64,000 bases of DNA from Octopus vulgaris (Eukaryota): positions 6,882,001-6,946,000 of the forward strand of contig OX597820.1 of assembly GCA_951406725.2 (NCBI GenBank), in the 5' to 3' direction. Below the pieces are notes generated by a model. It was not told where the DNA came from and made no database searches. It saw only the letters and a program-made list of their open reading frames with translations. The translations under genes were made by a program, and so were the position numbers. Below, piece after piece: positions 14,666 through 27,598 of the stretch (positions are counted from its first letter, which is position 1; each line of letters begins with the position of its first letter).

Positions 14666-14959
14666 GTGTCATCCACTTTGATTTTATATTTTGCTCGTAT
14701 TCAGCACTAATTAGGTGCGCTGCAATAAAGGTTTTCCTCTTTCCTTATATATATATATATATATATGCGCATATACATACATACATACAAATATGTATGT
14801 ATGTATGTATGTATGTATATGCGCATACAAAAATGTAACATCATTTCAAGGATACAACAATGCTAGCAATTGCATTGTGTCCATGGTGTATAATAGCATC
14901 ACGTGATCTAGTTGATACAGTGATATTTATATGTGTGTATATATTTTTGCCTTCTCAGT

Positions 14960-15470
14960 CCCATCTTCCAATATCCACTCCATTGTTTCCCGAGACAAAA
15001 AGGATGCCAACAGCAAAATCTTTATTCATCGGGAGCAGTAAAGCATGAAGTGCACTTAACTGCTTCAATGGGAATGCAATCTACTACAAAAAGCTCAAAT
15101 AGACTCCATGAGAACTGCAGTGGATTCGCTTTTCATTTAGGGTCCAACAGCATGGTTACAGCTTCCATGAAGAAAACCCTAAGTGGTACATACACCAGAT
15201 TGCTTTGTATCGTTCTACATATCCTGTGGAATCAGCACAAGTCTATCAGAGAAATATTCCAAGACATCGCATGTGTCTTACAGACACAGTCTTTACATCA
15301 CGCGTTAATCCCGCAGTGATTCCCTCAAGAGAGACCCTCCTTATGTCATGCTAACATACCAAGAAGATGACATTATATCATCCTCCTAGATATGATTGGC
15401 ACTCAGCTTGATCCTTCGACTTATTGCAAAAAGTTGATCTGATTGTCACTGGGTAGCGCGGGGTAGTACT
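14960..15470 (+). mobile_element. RTE-type LINE 3' ORF fragment (decayed)
   Basis: VTASMKKTLSGTYTRLLCIVLHILWNQH resembles the RTE motif W.LT..ME..LDG.YTRMLR..L.I.W..H. Confidence 0.6.
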
Positions 15471-16514
15471 GGCGAAAGAATAAGTAAAGTGTAGCCAAGG
15501 TGATATGTCAAAAACGGCACTTCAGATCAGGACCAAAATCTCATTTCTTTCAATCATCCTCCCAGCCTGCATTAATGATACCCCATTTCCTTCTTCCTGG
15601 GGATATCGTCCCCTTGGAATTTTCTCTTAAATCATGTCTTTTGCACAAGTTTTGAGTTGTAACAGCTTCTAAGAATCATTAACGGAATTAAGCTCACTAA
15701 CCTAAGGGTGGATGGCATGCAAACACGATGAGCGCTGCTTCTTTCGCCAGATTCACCATAGAAAATAAATTCTAGGAAATGTGAAAGAATCGTTACCAGG
15801 AAATTTTGCATTAACCCTCCGAGTAATAAATAAACTCTGTATTAACAGTTATCAAACGGAGAACATAGAGGGCGCGGCAGTCAAAAATTAACGCCATATT
15901 TAGTACTGTGCTCATCTTGTTTTGGTCATCTTTCGTTGTCTTGGTCTGCGCCATTGATAGCACACAATCAGTAGCTAAAAGCGTCAAGGGAGTGAGACAA
16001 TTTCTTCAACTTGGGACTCCAAGTGCAGACTAGTTAGTAACAAGTTAATTATGGTTCTATTTCTAGACAACAACAGAAATTATTGGAGAACCAGATATGA
16101 AGATAATTAACATTTTACGATGAAACAACTCACATCTAATATCGTTCACTTTACAGCAAAAATATTGAATAGTTTCCAAGGTTTCTGACAGACACGGTTA
16201 CTATGTTTAGTATGTGATGAAGGTGGAGGTGGTGGTGATGGTGGTGGAGATATTATTGTCGAAGTTCCTGTTGAAGTTGTTGACGTTGTTGTTTTTGATA
16301 TTGCTGTCGTAACTGAAGGTGTTTTAATGTTTTCATTTTGTCGCTGGCGTTGGTTTGTCGGCGTTCTTTACCTCGTTTTGTTGAGTTTGTTGCAGTTGTT
16401 TGTATGTGATTATTGTTGTTGCTGGTGTTGTTGCTGCTGTTGTTGTTGAGCTGTAATGTTGCTGGGGTTGCGGTTGCTGCTACCGTTATGTAGTTGTTGC
16501 AATTATCATTACAA

Positions 16515-16715
16515 AGGCGGTGAGCTGGCTGAATCGTCAGAGAATTTCTTTCAGCGCTTTACGTTCTGAGTTCAAATTCAACCGAGAACAACTTCGCCCG
16601 TCATCCTTTCGAGGTCATCAAAATAAAGTGACAGTCAAGTATTGTGGTCAATCTAACAGACTAACCATCACCTCTCAAAATTGCTGGCCTTGTGCCAAAA
16701 TTAGAAAGTATTATT
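16515..16715 (+). mobile_element. SINE S1, degenerate copy
   Basis: ggcggtgagctggc head and tgagttcaaatt B-box-like motif shared with other S1 copies. Confidence 0.7.
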
Positions 16716-17069
16716 GCTGATATCATTGTTGTAGTAATGGATATGATTGGAGTTGTAGGTATTGGTATTGTTGTTATTGTTGCTGTTTTCTTGGTGTTCA
16801 TTTGTCGTCAGGTGCCGCTCAAGGCCCCTTCCCAGTCGGGCATTTCAGGCTGTAGAAGTCCTATACTAGGAATAGATAGAAAGCAGGACTTCCAAAGAGG
16901 CGTGCAGAGCGACTAAACAGTACTGCACGCATCAGTACAGTGCCCGGAATCAGCTGACTTGCAGAGTAATATGGAAGAGCTGCTGAAGTGTGCAGGGCAA
17001 ATCTGAATATCAGCAGAATACTTCACTGGGATTTCCCTACCATTCATCTTTCACAAGGCAGGGCAGGTC

Positions 17070-17600
17070 GTGTCCCACTGTTAAGTGAGAAAGAGGTTGT
17101 GTAGTAGACAAGGCTGAAACGATTGACGATGACGCCATCTTCTTCGGTCAAATCCACATCGATTTTTATTTTCAAGCTCCCCTTGCAAAGAAAATAAAAG
17201 GGTGGAGTGCGGAATGCTATTTGCAGTGAATTCGTAAAAAATATGGATGACAGAGGAGAAAATGGTACGAGTGAATGGCCCCACTCTAAGCATAAACTTG
17301 TAGATTAGAGAACCAGGGTTGGGCAAAGGGTACGTGGTTTTGCCGGACAGGGTAGTCCTGTACTGGTGGGGTTCCTTGATTGACCTTTGTTGACGTTTCT
17401 CCCGTACAAGAACTGCGTCATTTATGTTATCACCTACTTTGTATACGATAGATACATTTATAGCATTTGACCCTCTTTTCCACTTCTTTCCCCTCATCTT
17501 TTATGTAAACCCCTACGCACTTTGTAGACTGTCCTTGTGATGTACCCCTGGTCTATGCAGTTGCGGTAAATAAAAGAAATCATCATCCTCATCATTATTA
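17070..17600 (+). mobile_element. Tx1/L1-clade LINE 3' end, older relative of the 10710-11782 element
   Basis: Decayed GQ..I.F.F...L.RK.RVE...W...RVNGPTLSINL* aligns with the end of the 11164 ORF; ends aataaaagaaa then (ATC)n. Confidence 0.65.
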
Positions 17601-17626
17601 CACTTATTATAATATACATACATACA

Positions 17627-17657
<31 letters not shown>

Positions 17658-17670
17658 TCTCTCTCTTTCT

Positions 17671-18065
17671 CTTTTACTTGTTTCAGTCATTTGACTGCGG
17701 CCATGCTGGAGCACCGCCTTTGGTCGAGCAAATCGAGCCCGGGACTTATTCTTTGTAAGCCCAGTACTTATTCTATCGGTCTCTTTTGCCGAAGCGCTAA
17801 GTAACGGGGACATAAACTCACCAGCATCGGTTGTCAAGCAATGCTAGAGGGACAAACACAGACACACAAACACATACACGCACATATATATGTATATATA
17901 TACATGACAGGCTTCTTTCAGTTTCCATCTATCAAATCCACTCACAAGGCTTTGGTCGGCCCGAGGCTATAGCAGAAGACAGTTGCCCAAGATGCCACGC
18001 AGTGGGACTGAACCCGGAACCATGTGGCTGGTTAGCAAGCTACTTACAACAGAGCCACTCCTGCG

Positions 18066-18067
<2 letters not shown>
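17671..18067 (-). mobile_element. tRNA-headed SINE family S2, full-length, with internal CA/TA microsatellite
   Basis: Minus-strand head ggcgcaggagtggc..ggttcagtcccactg (A/B-box-like); similar copies at 18958, 26596 and 27599. Confidence 0.9.
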
Positions 18068-18156
<89 letters not shown>

Positions 18157-18349
18157 ATATAATATATGAGAACATGTAAACCTTTTATAAAGATAGTTTT
18201 ATCCATATTACACTGGTTTAATATATCATAATTTGATATATCATAATATAAAATTCTTCAAAAAATATATTATATAAAAATATGAAATATTATTAAATAT
18301 AAACATGGTGAGATATAATGAATATAAATTCATTTTTAATTAACTAACA

Positions 18350-18455
18350 TTGCCTACAAACGTTTCAATTTACAGTTAAATACAAATTACAACATATATA
18401 TTAAAAAATAGTTTTGCATTTTTTAAACATTTTGAGAGAAATATCTTCAGGGCAA
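18350..18455 (-). ncRNA. Type I hammerhead motif with long AT-rich helix II, in an asymmetric fold-back (18346-18538)
   Basis: Minus: ttgcc-CTGAAGA-(about 80 nt)-GAAAC-gttt-GTA-ggcaa; the partner arm 18485-18538 repeats GAAAC-gatt-GTA-ggc. Confidence 0.65.
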
Positions 18456-18593
18456 AAAGGACATTACGGAATTTAAATGTATTATATATATTTTGTAATT
18501 TGCATTGAGTGTAAATTGAAACGATTGTAGGCGATGTTAATTGAAAATTAATTTATATCCACATCTCTTCATTTTCTTAATAATAATAATAAC

Positions 18594-18657
<64 letters not shown>

Positions 18658-18659
<2 letters not shown>

Positions 18660-18900
18660 CTTATGATTAAAGCTGCAAAAACAGCAGAATAATATCAAAG
18701 GAAACTGGTACTCAGAGTTTCACGTTTCTATTCGTCGGACAATTGTAATTCTGAATTAAAACTGTCAGACGAACAGGAATGCGAAACACTGCAGTTTCAC
18801 ATTCAGCAGTTTTTCGTGAGGGGTTTTTATAATAATTTTTCTCCGGTATTCGGGTACTACTTTTTCCCAACTGGTTTAACATTTATGTGCCTACTCTGAT
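18658..18900. mobile_element. TA-embedded fold-back element with variant hammerhead core (CCGACGA)
   Basis: Imperfect inverted repeat 18713-18741/18763-18791; minus arm tgt-CCGACGA-atagaaacgt-GAAAC-tctga-GTA-cca. Confidence 0.55.
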
Positions 18901-18955
<55 letters not shown>

Positions 18956-18957
18956 GC

Positions 18958-19350
18958 TTTTACTTGTTTCAGTCATTTGACTGTGGCCATGGTGGAGCAT
19001 CGCCTTTAGTCGAGCATATTGGCCCCAGCACTTATTCTTTGTAAGCTTAGTACTTATTCTATCGGTCTCTTTTGCCGAACCGCTAAGTTACGAAGACATA
19101 AACACGCTAGCATCGTTTGGCAAGCGATGTTTCGGGGACAAAGACAGACATACAAACATTCACACACATATATATATATGCATATATACGACGAGCTTCT
19201 TTCAGTTTCCGTCTACAAAATCCACTCACAAGGTATTGGTCGGTCCGAGGCTATAGTGAAGACACTTGCCCATGGTGCCACGCAGTGGTACTGAACCCGG
19301 AACCATGTGGTTGCTAAGCAAGCTATTTACCACACAAATACTCCTGCGCC
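18958..19350 (-). mobile_element. SINE S2, full-length
   Basis: Colinear with 17671-18067. Confidence 0.9.
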
Positions 19351-19733
19351 TATATATATATATATGTGTGTGTATAAATATATTAGTGTCGTTGATATCC
19401 TTGAACTAAAGTATCAAACACTACCGTTGTAGTGCCCTTATGCACGTGGCATGTTACGGCTGATAAACGAACGTGTATCCCTGGTGCCCGTTGCAGCACA
19501 ATTCATTTAAGGGAGTGTTGTTGACCTATACAGAAAGCATACTCGCTTGTACAACTATTGGAGATGAAATAGAGAATCTTGTTAATAAGTCCTGCATTTC
19601 TATCCGCAATCATTCGACTGCAGCTCATATATTTAAGACAGCCCTGCTACTAAGCACTGACAAAATCCCTAAATTGTTTTTGGGAATATAACACGATATT
19701 TATATAAAATATAAGGCAAAAGGAGAAAGGCAG

Positions 19734-19786
<53 letters not shown>

Positions 19787-19991
19787 TATATATACATATA
19801 TATACATATATATTCATATATATACATATATATTCATATATATACATATATATTCATATATATACATATATATTCATATATATACATACATATATATACA
19901 TATACATATATATATACATATACATATATACATATACATATATACATATACATATATACATATATACATATACATATATACATATATACAT

Positions 19992-20058
<67 letters not shown>

Positions 20059-20909
20059 CCGAGAGAGAGAGAGAGAGAAAGATTGATAGCTATATGTGTA
20101 TATCTGTGGATGCATGAATGGGTGTGTATGAGTGTGTGCGTGTGTGTATATGTGTATGTGTGCACGCGTGCGTGTCTGTCTGTGTGTGTTAGTTCATATC
20201 AATAAGTATTCACAAAAACGTTGCAATCTTCTCATATTTTAAAAGTTTCTCATTCACAGAAATGGCCGTTAAGGGACGCATCGTTTCTTTGCCTCATCTC
20301 TGTATAAAGACAGCAACAAGAAGAACGCCAAAAGACCAATAAACAAAACACTGCAAGAATGGAATCGTGAAGTTGGTGTGAATATTTCAGTAAAACTCTA
20401 GTGTAATGTAGAAAATGAAATAAATTGATTTGGTCTTTAGATCTTTTGATTCCGTTCGGAATTCATAACAAACAAATACGAAGTGAATATGTAAATATAT
20501 AAATAGATATTATGTCAACTATTTCACTGAAATATAAATAGTTTCAGCTGTTTTGTGCTTTCCCCAGATCTGTGAATATTATAGAATGTTCGGTAACTAA
20601 GCATATTTCGTATTATTGTTACTAAGCTGCTGCTGCTACTGTTCTGCTGTTCCTGCTACTGCTGCCGCCTCTGCCAGAGGTCCGAACGTTACAGAATAAT
20701 GATAATTCTAATATTGGCCCAAGGCCCGTAGTTTTGAGACCCTAGAAATTGACTGGTATATTATTGCTTCCAAATCGATGAAATCAGAGTTGGTATCCGT
20801 GAAATTTGAAGTGGAATCATAAAAAGTGGGAAGAAATTCTGCTAGTCGTCCCCTCCGACGCTTTAACGATTTTACCAACACTTCGCCCGAACAACAACAA
20901 AAACAATGA

Positions 20910-21290
20910 TCCTTTCTACTGAAATTTCTAGGGAGGGGAATAGTCGATTACATCGACCCCAGTACGCAACTAATACCTAATTTATCAGCCCCGAAAGGAA
21001 AAAAAGGCAAAGTCGTCCTCAGCGGAAATTGAACTGAGAATGCGACGGCAGACGAAATGCCTATTTCTTTACTACCCACAAGGGGCTAAACACAGAAGAC
21101 AAACAAGGACAGACAAACGGATTAAGTCGATTATATCGACCCAAGTGTGTAACTGGTACTCATTTAATCGACCCCGAAAGGATGAAAGGCAAAGTCGACC
21201 TCGGCGGAATTTGAACTCAGAACGTAACGGCAGACGAAATACCGCTAAGAATTTCGCCCGGCGTGCTAACGATTCTACCAGCTCGCCGCC
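20910..21290 (-). mobile_element. SINE S1, composite/dimeric copy
   Basis: Full S1 joined to a head-less S1 at gacgaaatgc|ctatttcttt; the same junction occurs at about 51420. Confidence 0.85.
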
Positions 21291-21384
21291 TTAATGATAA
21301 TAATAATTCTTTCTACTGCAGGCATAAGTCCTGAAATTTGGGGAAAGGGATTAAGTCAATTACAGCGACCCCAGAGCTAATAAT

Positions 21385-22070
21385 AGCTTCACATAGTGTG
21401 AGTGAGGGTTGCAGGCTGGACCAAAAGCAAAACAAAAAGGAGGCCTGAAAACTGGGATAAGATTGTTCACTGAAGACTTTGTGGACAGAGCAGGGAATTA
21501 GTACGAACATGAACAAGAAAGAGTCACAAAAGACAATGAATACAAGATACATGGGATATTACAATCCAATGTGACTCCCTAATCGATGTTCGGAGATCAA
21601 ACATTGATGTAGTGGATAAACAAAAAAGGAAACCACGATCGTAGATATTGCCATATCTGGGGATGCATGCGGAGATAAAAGAGAGGTAGAAAAAAATGGA
21701 GAAATACAGATTATGAAAAGACGAAACTGCAAGGATATGGGCAATGAAGAGGGGTGACTGTTATCCTCATAGTTGTAGGTGTATTCGGAGCACGAACAAC
21801 CAGGTTCGAGAAATATTTCGGAGAAATTGGAATTGACATGATGGCAGAGCAGGCCCCCAAACTTGCTGTATTGGGGACAGCTAGGATTTTGATGTTGGTG
21901 CTCGGGTGTTGAGTGTCTTCAACGATAGGTTAACATTCCGGTACCAAGGTTTATAATTTGTAGAAAGAGACCCTGTGAGATATTTGACAAAAAGTTGCTG
22001 TCTGCTCTCACAGAATCAACAACACAATACCAAGAGCTCTAATATTAATAATAATAATAATAATAATACA
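21385..22070 (+). mobile_element. R4/Dong-clade non-LTR retrotransposon 3' fragment (restriction-like endonuclease) with (AAT)n tail
   Basis: WDITIQCD..I...R.NI.VVDK..IVDIAI.GD...EK..KY...RIWAMK..VI.IVVGVFG. Confidence 0.75.
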
Positions 22071-22175
22071 GTAACCATCAGAGCATCACAACAAATCACA
22101 GCACATACCCAAGGCTCACAGAGCTGCGCTCGATAGTGAAGTGAAAGCACGATATAAAAATAAAACTACTGAATG

Positions 22176-22229
<54 letters not shown>

Positions 22230-22233
<4 letters not shown>

Positions 22234-22480
22234 TAGAAATCAAGGGTATAGACCGGATACAGTTGTCAGAAATCATCAAGAGGTCTTCTAGTCGATGTAA
22301 CAATTCCGAGAGATGACAAAGTATCACTAAAAGTAACCGAGAAACTCACACAATACAAAGATCTCGAAATAGAGATAACCCGAATGTGGAGGCTAAAAAC
22401 AGAAAGACTCTGTATAAAAATAAGTGACAGACAAATACATAACCAAAACACCAGGACTTACGGATATATATAACATACAG
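22230..22480 (+). mobile_element. R4/Dong-clade RLE fragment directly after an (AAT)n array
   Basis: RPDTVV...LLVDVTIPRDDKVSLKVTEKLTQYKDLEIEITRMWRLKTE (PD..D..K RLE motif). Confidence 0.75.
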
Positions 22481-23422
22481 GAAATTTTTGTAGATATGAG
22501 CATCTTCTAAGACTCGCTGATGTCAAATAGGTTTTTAATCTAAGTGAAGACGAACAAGAATTAAATATTTTGATAGAAACGATATCCAGAATAAGGAGCA
22601 AAAGAGAGGATCAAATTATCTCTATAGACATAATCCTAATGAACCACAAAATGCATTTAGTCGACGTTAATTAAAATGACATAATTAACTTTTAAAATTA
22701 ATTAAAATGTTGAATTTAATTCACCCCGAAACATTTACGTAGGAACCACTATGGGGATGCCTCTTCTGCAAGAAACAATAGCTGACCGTTTCTAAAATCA
22801 TGTCCAATTACTGTAAATGGAGAAACGAGATAGAATAGCATGGGTTGAGAAGGATTAAGACTGAATAAATATGAGATTAACATGAGCTGATTATATTGGA
22901 TTAACGGTGTGATAGATCACAGCTGACTGAGGGCAAGGCAGACACCAATAAGGGAAGACACCAATAGGAGATAGAGTTATCGATACACTACGAAAGGCAC
23001 ATTAAGGTGTGACGGTCACGGCTGGATCACTTTTGATCATAGATTCTTATCAATCATGTTTGATCAATAGTACAACCACCACCACTAAGAAAGATTGGTG
23101 CTACTACTACTATTACTGCTACTGCTGCTGCTACCGCTGCTACTGCAGTGGAGGTAGCCAAGATATCTAACGAAGGTGTGAGTATTTGGTATATCAAATG
23201 TTTATAAATAATTAAAATGATTATTCCACTGTTTCTGTTCACGGTTCACTTGAATAGTTAAACTGAAAGACAAATATTTGCTTTCGTATTTTCAACTCAC
23301 TTCATGTTGTTTAATATTAGAAGATATATATATATGTATGTACGTATGTATGTATACGAGTGTGTGTGTGAGTAAACGCGGATACGGTGACAAAAAACTC
23401 AAACATTAATGTATACAAGTAT

Positions 23423-23477
<55 letters not shown>

Positions 23478-23813
23478 CACTTATACGCACACATATTTAA
23501 AAATGGCGTATGTGTGTAAGGAATTGTGTGATGTGCAGAATATCATAGACGATAAACTCATTCTATTAAAATCTGCCTGACAGACAGATTCTAACAGAAT
23601 CTTTAATACATTCGGTCCTCATCCTCCACAGAAGTCAGTACATCAGTCCTTTACAGGTATTTTTATCGAACCTTATATGCCACAGATTTTTCTTCAAATT
23701 TCTTTTTTATTTTTAATTTACTAATTATTTCCTGGTTTATGATATACTGAGCTAATTTATATATACACACCTGATGAATCGTACTCCTCCCATTTGTCTC
23801 GAGTCTTTCCTTC

Positions 23814-23874
<61 letters not shown>

Positions 23875-23962
23875 CAGACAGACAGAGAGGGGGAGAGAGA
23901 TACCAATATATGTTTATCTATCTATCTATAAATAAATAAATATCGTACATATTCGTTTACTT

Positions 23963-24006
<44 letters not shown>

Positions 24007-24113
24007 TAGAAAAAATGAGGTAATCAGAAGATCGGATGGTTCATATTTATAGATATTTATTTATATATTACATTTTTTACATATATATATCATATCATTC
24101 AGATCATCATTCA

Positions 24114-24155
24114 GATTATTAGCGCTTTCTCCCATTCTAGTGGGGTTTTCAAATC
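24114..24155 (-). ncRNA. Hammerhead-like motif with U3/A8 core variant
   Basis: Minus: gat-TTGAAAA-cccca-ctagaa-tggga-GAAA-gcgcta; inside a TA-flanked insert (24005-24158). Confidence 0.4.
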
Positions 24156-24255
24156 AAATATATATATATATATATATATGTACACACACACACACATTCA
24201 TACACACATTATCTTTTATATTATTATTTGATTGAACGCCATGCATCCATTTCCA

Positions 24256-24319
<64 letters not shown>

Positions 24320-24323
<4 letters not shown>

Positions 24324-24372
24324 GGTCCCGGGTTGATTCGGGGTTAACCACAGTAAAGTAACCACATAATAA
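24320..24372 (-). mobile_element. Isolated tail of the fold-back family seen at 58155-58356
   Basis: gtaggtcccgggttgattcggggttaaccacagtaa is the reverse complement of 58321-58356 (1-2 mismatches); flanked by (TA)n. Confidence 0.7.
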
Positions 24373-24428
24373 ATATATATATATATATATATATTGTTAT
24401 ATTTCGGAATGGTCATATTGCCAGTTTA

Positions 24429-24492
<64 letters not shown>

Positions 24493-25054
24493 GTATGTAT
24501 ATATGCGTGTGTATATGTGTATATGTGTATATTTATGTGTGTATAGATGTGTGCGCGCATGTGTATGCATGTAGGTAGGTATGGATGGATGGATGGATGT
24601 ACAGTTTACGAATATTAAATGTGTAAACCTGGATGATTCACCGAGAGATTACCTGCGTCGTGGTGTGCAGGCTGAATCCTTCCTTAACAGATGAACATTG
24701 AAACTATGACACGGAATATGGAATCAGAGATGGACGGGGATAGAAAAAACAAAAAAAAAAGGCATTGCTTCTTCAATCTTCTGTTTGTTGAATCATAGAA
24801 AATCGAAAGTGAAACGCTTCCAATGGCAAATCGGGGAATAACGCAATCCTGTAGCCTTATATACACTCAGAATGAAAGGTTGGACGGTCACGGATGGAAG
24901 GTTACATTGACTGAATACATATCCACCCACAGAAATATTTTATATGCCTGCATCTATATTTGATCCTTATGTGTGTATGTGTGTGTAAATAAATTCACAC
25001 ACACACACACAGACACACATGTATGTATGTATGTATGTGTAATATGTGTGTGTT

Positions 25055-25245
25055 TTTGTACTTGTTTCAGCTATTAGACTGCAACCATGGTGGTACATGG
25101 CGTCGAAACATTTTATAATTGAATGAATAAATCACAGTTCTTATACAATCTCTTCTTTTTGCCAAACTGCTAAGTCAGTGGGAAGTAATCGGGTGTCAAG
25201 CAGTGATGGGAGACGATCGTAGATACAAAGGTACACACATTTACA

Positions 25246-25289
<44 letters not shown>

Positions 25290-25714
25290 CTAAAAACGGT
25301 AAGATAGCAAAAGAAAGAAAGAGACCTTAATATTATGTAAATAGAGAATTTATATGTAAAAGTAATATGTGACAATTATTCGGTAGCTAAGATAAAACTC
25401 TGAGTTTCGGATGCTGAGGTGGAAATCCACACCACAATCTCTTCAGTTACCCGAACATTCATAACAACCAAATATTCATTCAAATTTCTTCTCGTCAGAC
25501 GTCTTTAAAAGCAAATAAAATGGAATCATAAGATGCGATGGACTGAGCTAGAAGCTCATTGACGCCAGTGCTTAGTTCAAACGAGGACATACGTACACCA
25601 TATCGCATAATGGCCGGATAACTGAAGAGATGGTGGTGTGGATTTCCACCTCGGCATCCGAAAGTCAGAGTTTTATCTTGGCTACCGAATAATTGTCACA
25701 TATTACTTTTACAG

Positions 25715-25763
<49 letters not shown>

Positions 25764-25935
25764 CATATACGACGGGCTTCCTTCAGGATCCATTACCAAA
25801 TCTACGCACAAGTGATTGGTAGATCGGAGAAACTATAGGAGAAAACACTTGCTAAGGTTAGTGACACGCAGTGAGACTGAACCTGGAACCATGTAGTTGC
25901 GAAGCAAACCTTTTGCTATAATATCACGCCTGCCC
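25055..25935 (-). mobile_element. Old SINE S2 split by an insertion into its internal TA tract
   Basis: S2 tail at 25055-25240 and S2 head at 25768-25935 flank the 25288-25716 element. Confidence 0.65.
25288..25716. mobile_element. Fold-back element with about 100-bp inverted arms carrying hammerhead motifs and a 165-bp spacer
   Basis: 25352-25452 is the reverse complement of 25616-25716; arm consensus gataa-CTGAAGA-gatg..catc-c-GAAAC-tcaga-GTT-ttatc; flanked by (TA)n. Confidence 0.75.
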
Positions 25936-25952
25936 CTACGTCTATGCAAATC

Positions 25953-26039
<87 letters not shown>

Positions 26040-26414
26040 ATTAGGGCGTGTTTCTTATCGTTTCTTAAATGCTTAATATATGTGGAAAGAAATCAATATT
26101 TATCGAAGGAATATCAAACAAAATTGTTTAGTTAAATTTAACCTGTCACTATCCAAAGGCTAGAATATTATATGTTGCCATTCTGTGTACACAGCACAGT
26201 AAATATTTATTTTAAATAGTAACCGAAACCTGTCTGTAATATAGCAATACTAACAATGAAGATATTGATGAGACATTATTGCCAGGGGGAGAACAGAGAT
26301 ATCTACTTCATCAACACATGACCCTACGTTTGGGACTCGTCGTGGTATCTTCATCTCCTGGTAATAACAGCCAGGAAATATTCATTCAAATTTCTTCTCG
26401 TCAAACGTCTTTAA

Positions 26415-26775
26415 CCCTTTAGTTATTAAACCGGAAATATCAGGCCAAATTTGTCTTCCTGTTTTATGCTCAAACCAGCCAGTTCTGACCTCTCACACCT
26501 ACCCTACAATGTCATTCTAAAAATAAACAGGGACATCATCAATATCTCAGAGTTACAAGATGCTGTACAATTAATTTAAAATAATATAATTAACCGGCTG
26601 TGTGGTAAGTAGCTTGTCTACCAACCGCATGGTTCTGGGTTCATTCCCACTGCGTGGTACCTTGGGTAAGTGTCTCCTACTATAGCCTCGGGCGGACCAA
26701 AGCCTTGTGAGTGGATTTGGTAGACGGAAACTGAAATAAGCCCGTCGTATATATATATATATATATACACACACA

Positions 26776-26823
<48 letters not shown>

Positions 26824-27051
26824 TGTGTGTGTTTGTGTGTCTGTGTTTGTCCCCTAGCATTGCTTGAAACCGATGCTGGTGTGTTTATGTCCCCGTCACT
26901 TAGCGGTTCGGCAAAAGAGACCGATAGAATAAGTACTGGGCTTACAAAAGAATAAGTCCCGGGGTCGAGTTGCTCGATTAAAGGCGGTACTCCAGCATGG
27001 CCGCAGTCAAATGACTGAAACAAGTAAAAGAGTAATCAGAATGCTAAAGGG
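26415..27051. mobile_element. Non-autonomous TTAA-specific DNA transposon (piggyBac-like MITE)
   Basis: TTAA|CCCTTTAG ... CTAAAGGG|TTAA; the paralogous empty site with a single TTAA is at 25505-25508. Confidence 0.8.
26596..27033 (+). mobile_element. SINE S2 nested in the piggyBac-like MITE
   Basis: Reverse complement of 17671-18067. Confidence 0.9.
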
Positions 27052-27598
27052 TTAAAAGCAAATGAAATGGAATCCTAAGATGCGATGGACTGAGCCAGAA
27101 GCTCATTGACCCCAGGTATCTGGACGCCAGTGCTCAGTCCAAACGAGGACATACGTACACCATATCATGTAATATCACTGAATTTTAAATAATGCTTTGT
27201 TATATATTTGGGTGACTCTGTGCTTGTGTGCGCGCGCGTAAACAATCCGCAGAGTTGTATCTTCCTTAAAGATTAAAGAAAGTCTTATAACAGCACATTG
27301 TGTGTGTGTGTGCATATGTGTGTGTGTGTGCATATGTGTGTGTGTGTGTGTGTGTTTGCGTGAGTGTGTGTCTGTGTGTGTTGTGATATTTTACGGAGAA
27401 CAGATGAAGTAGGTTGCCAAACTTGAATGTGATGGAGTGCAATTCATATACGCATATATACACACAAGCACAGATATCGTGTGTGTATGTGCGCATGTGT
27501 GCATGAGAATATATATTATATATGTGTGTGTGAATAAATAGGTATGTGTATGTATATATATATATACATATATATATATATACATACATAGATACATA

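Noticed and set aside
26596-26660. tRNA genes at SINE heads (also 40049 and 63780-63847)
   Set aside because: A/B-box-like motifs continue into multi-copy SINE bodies; no complete cloverleaf evident
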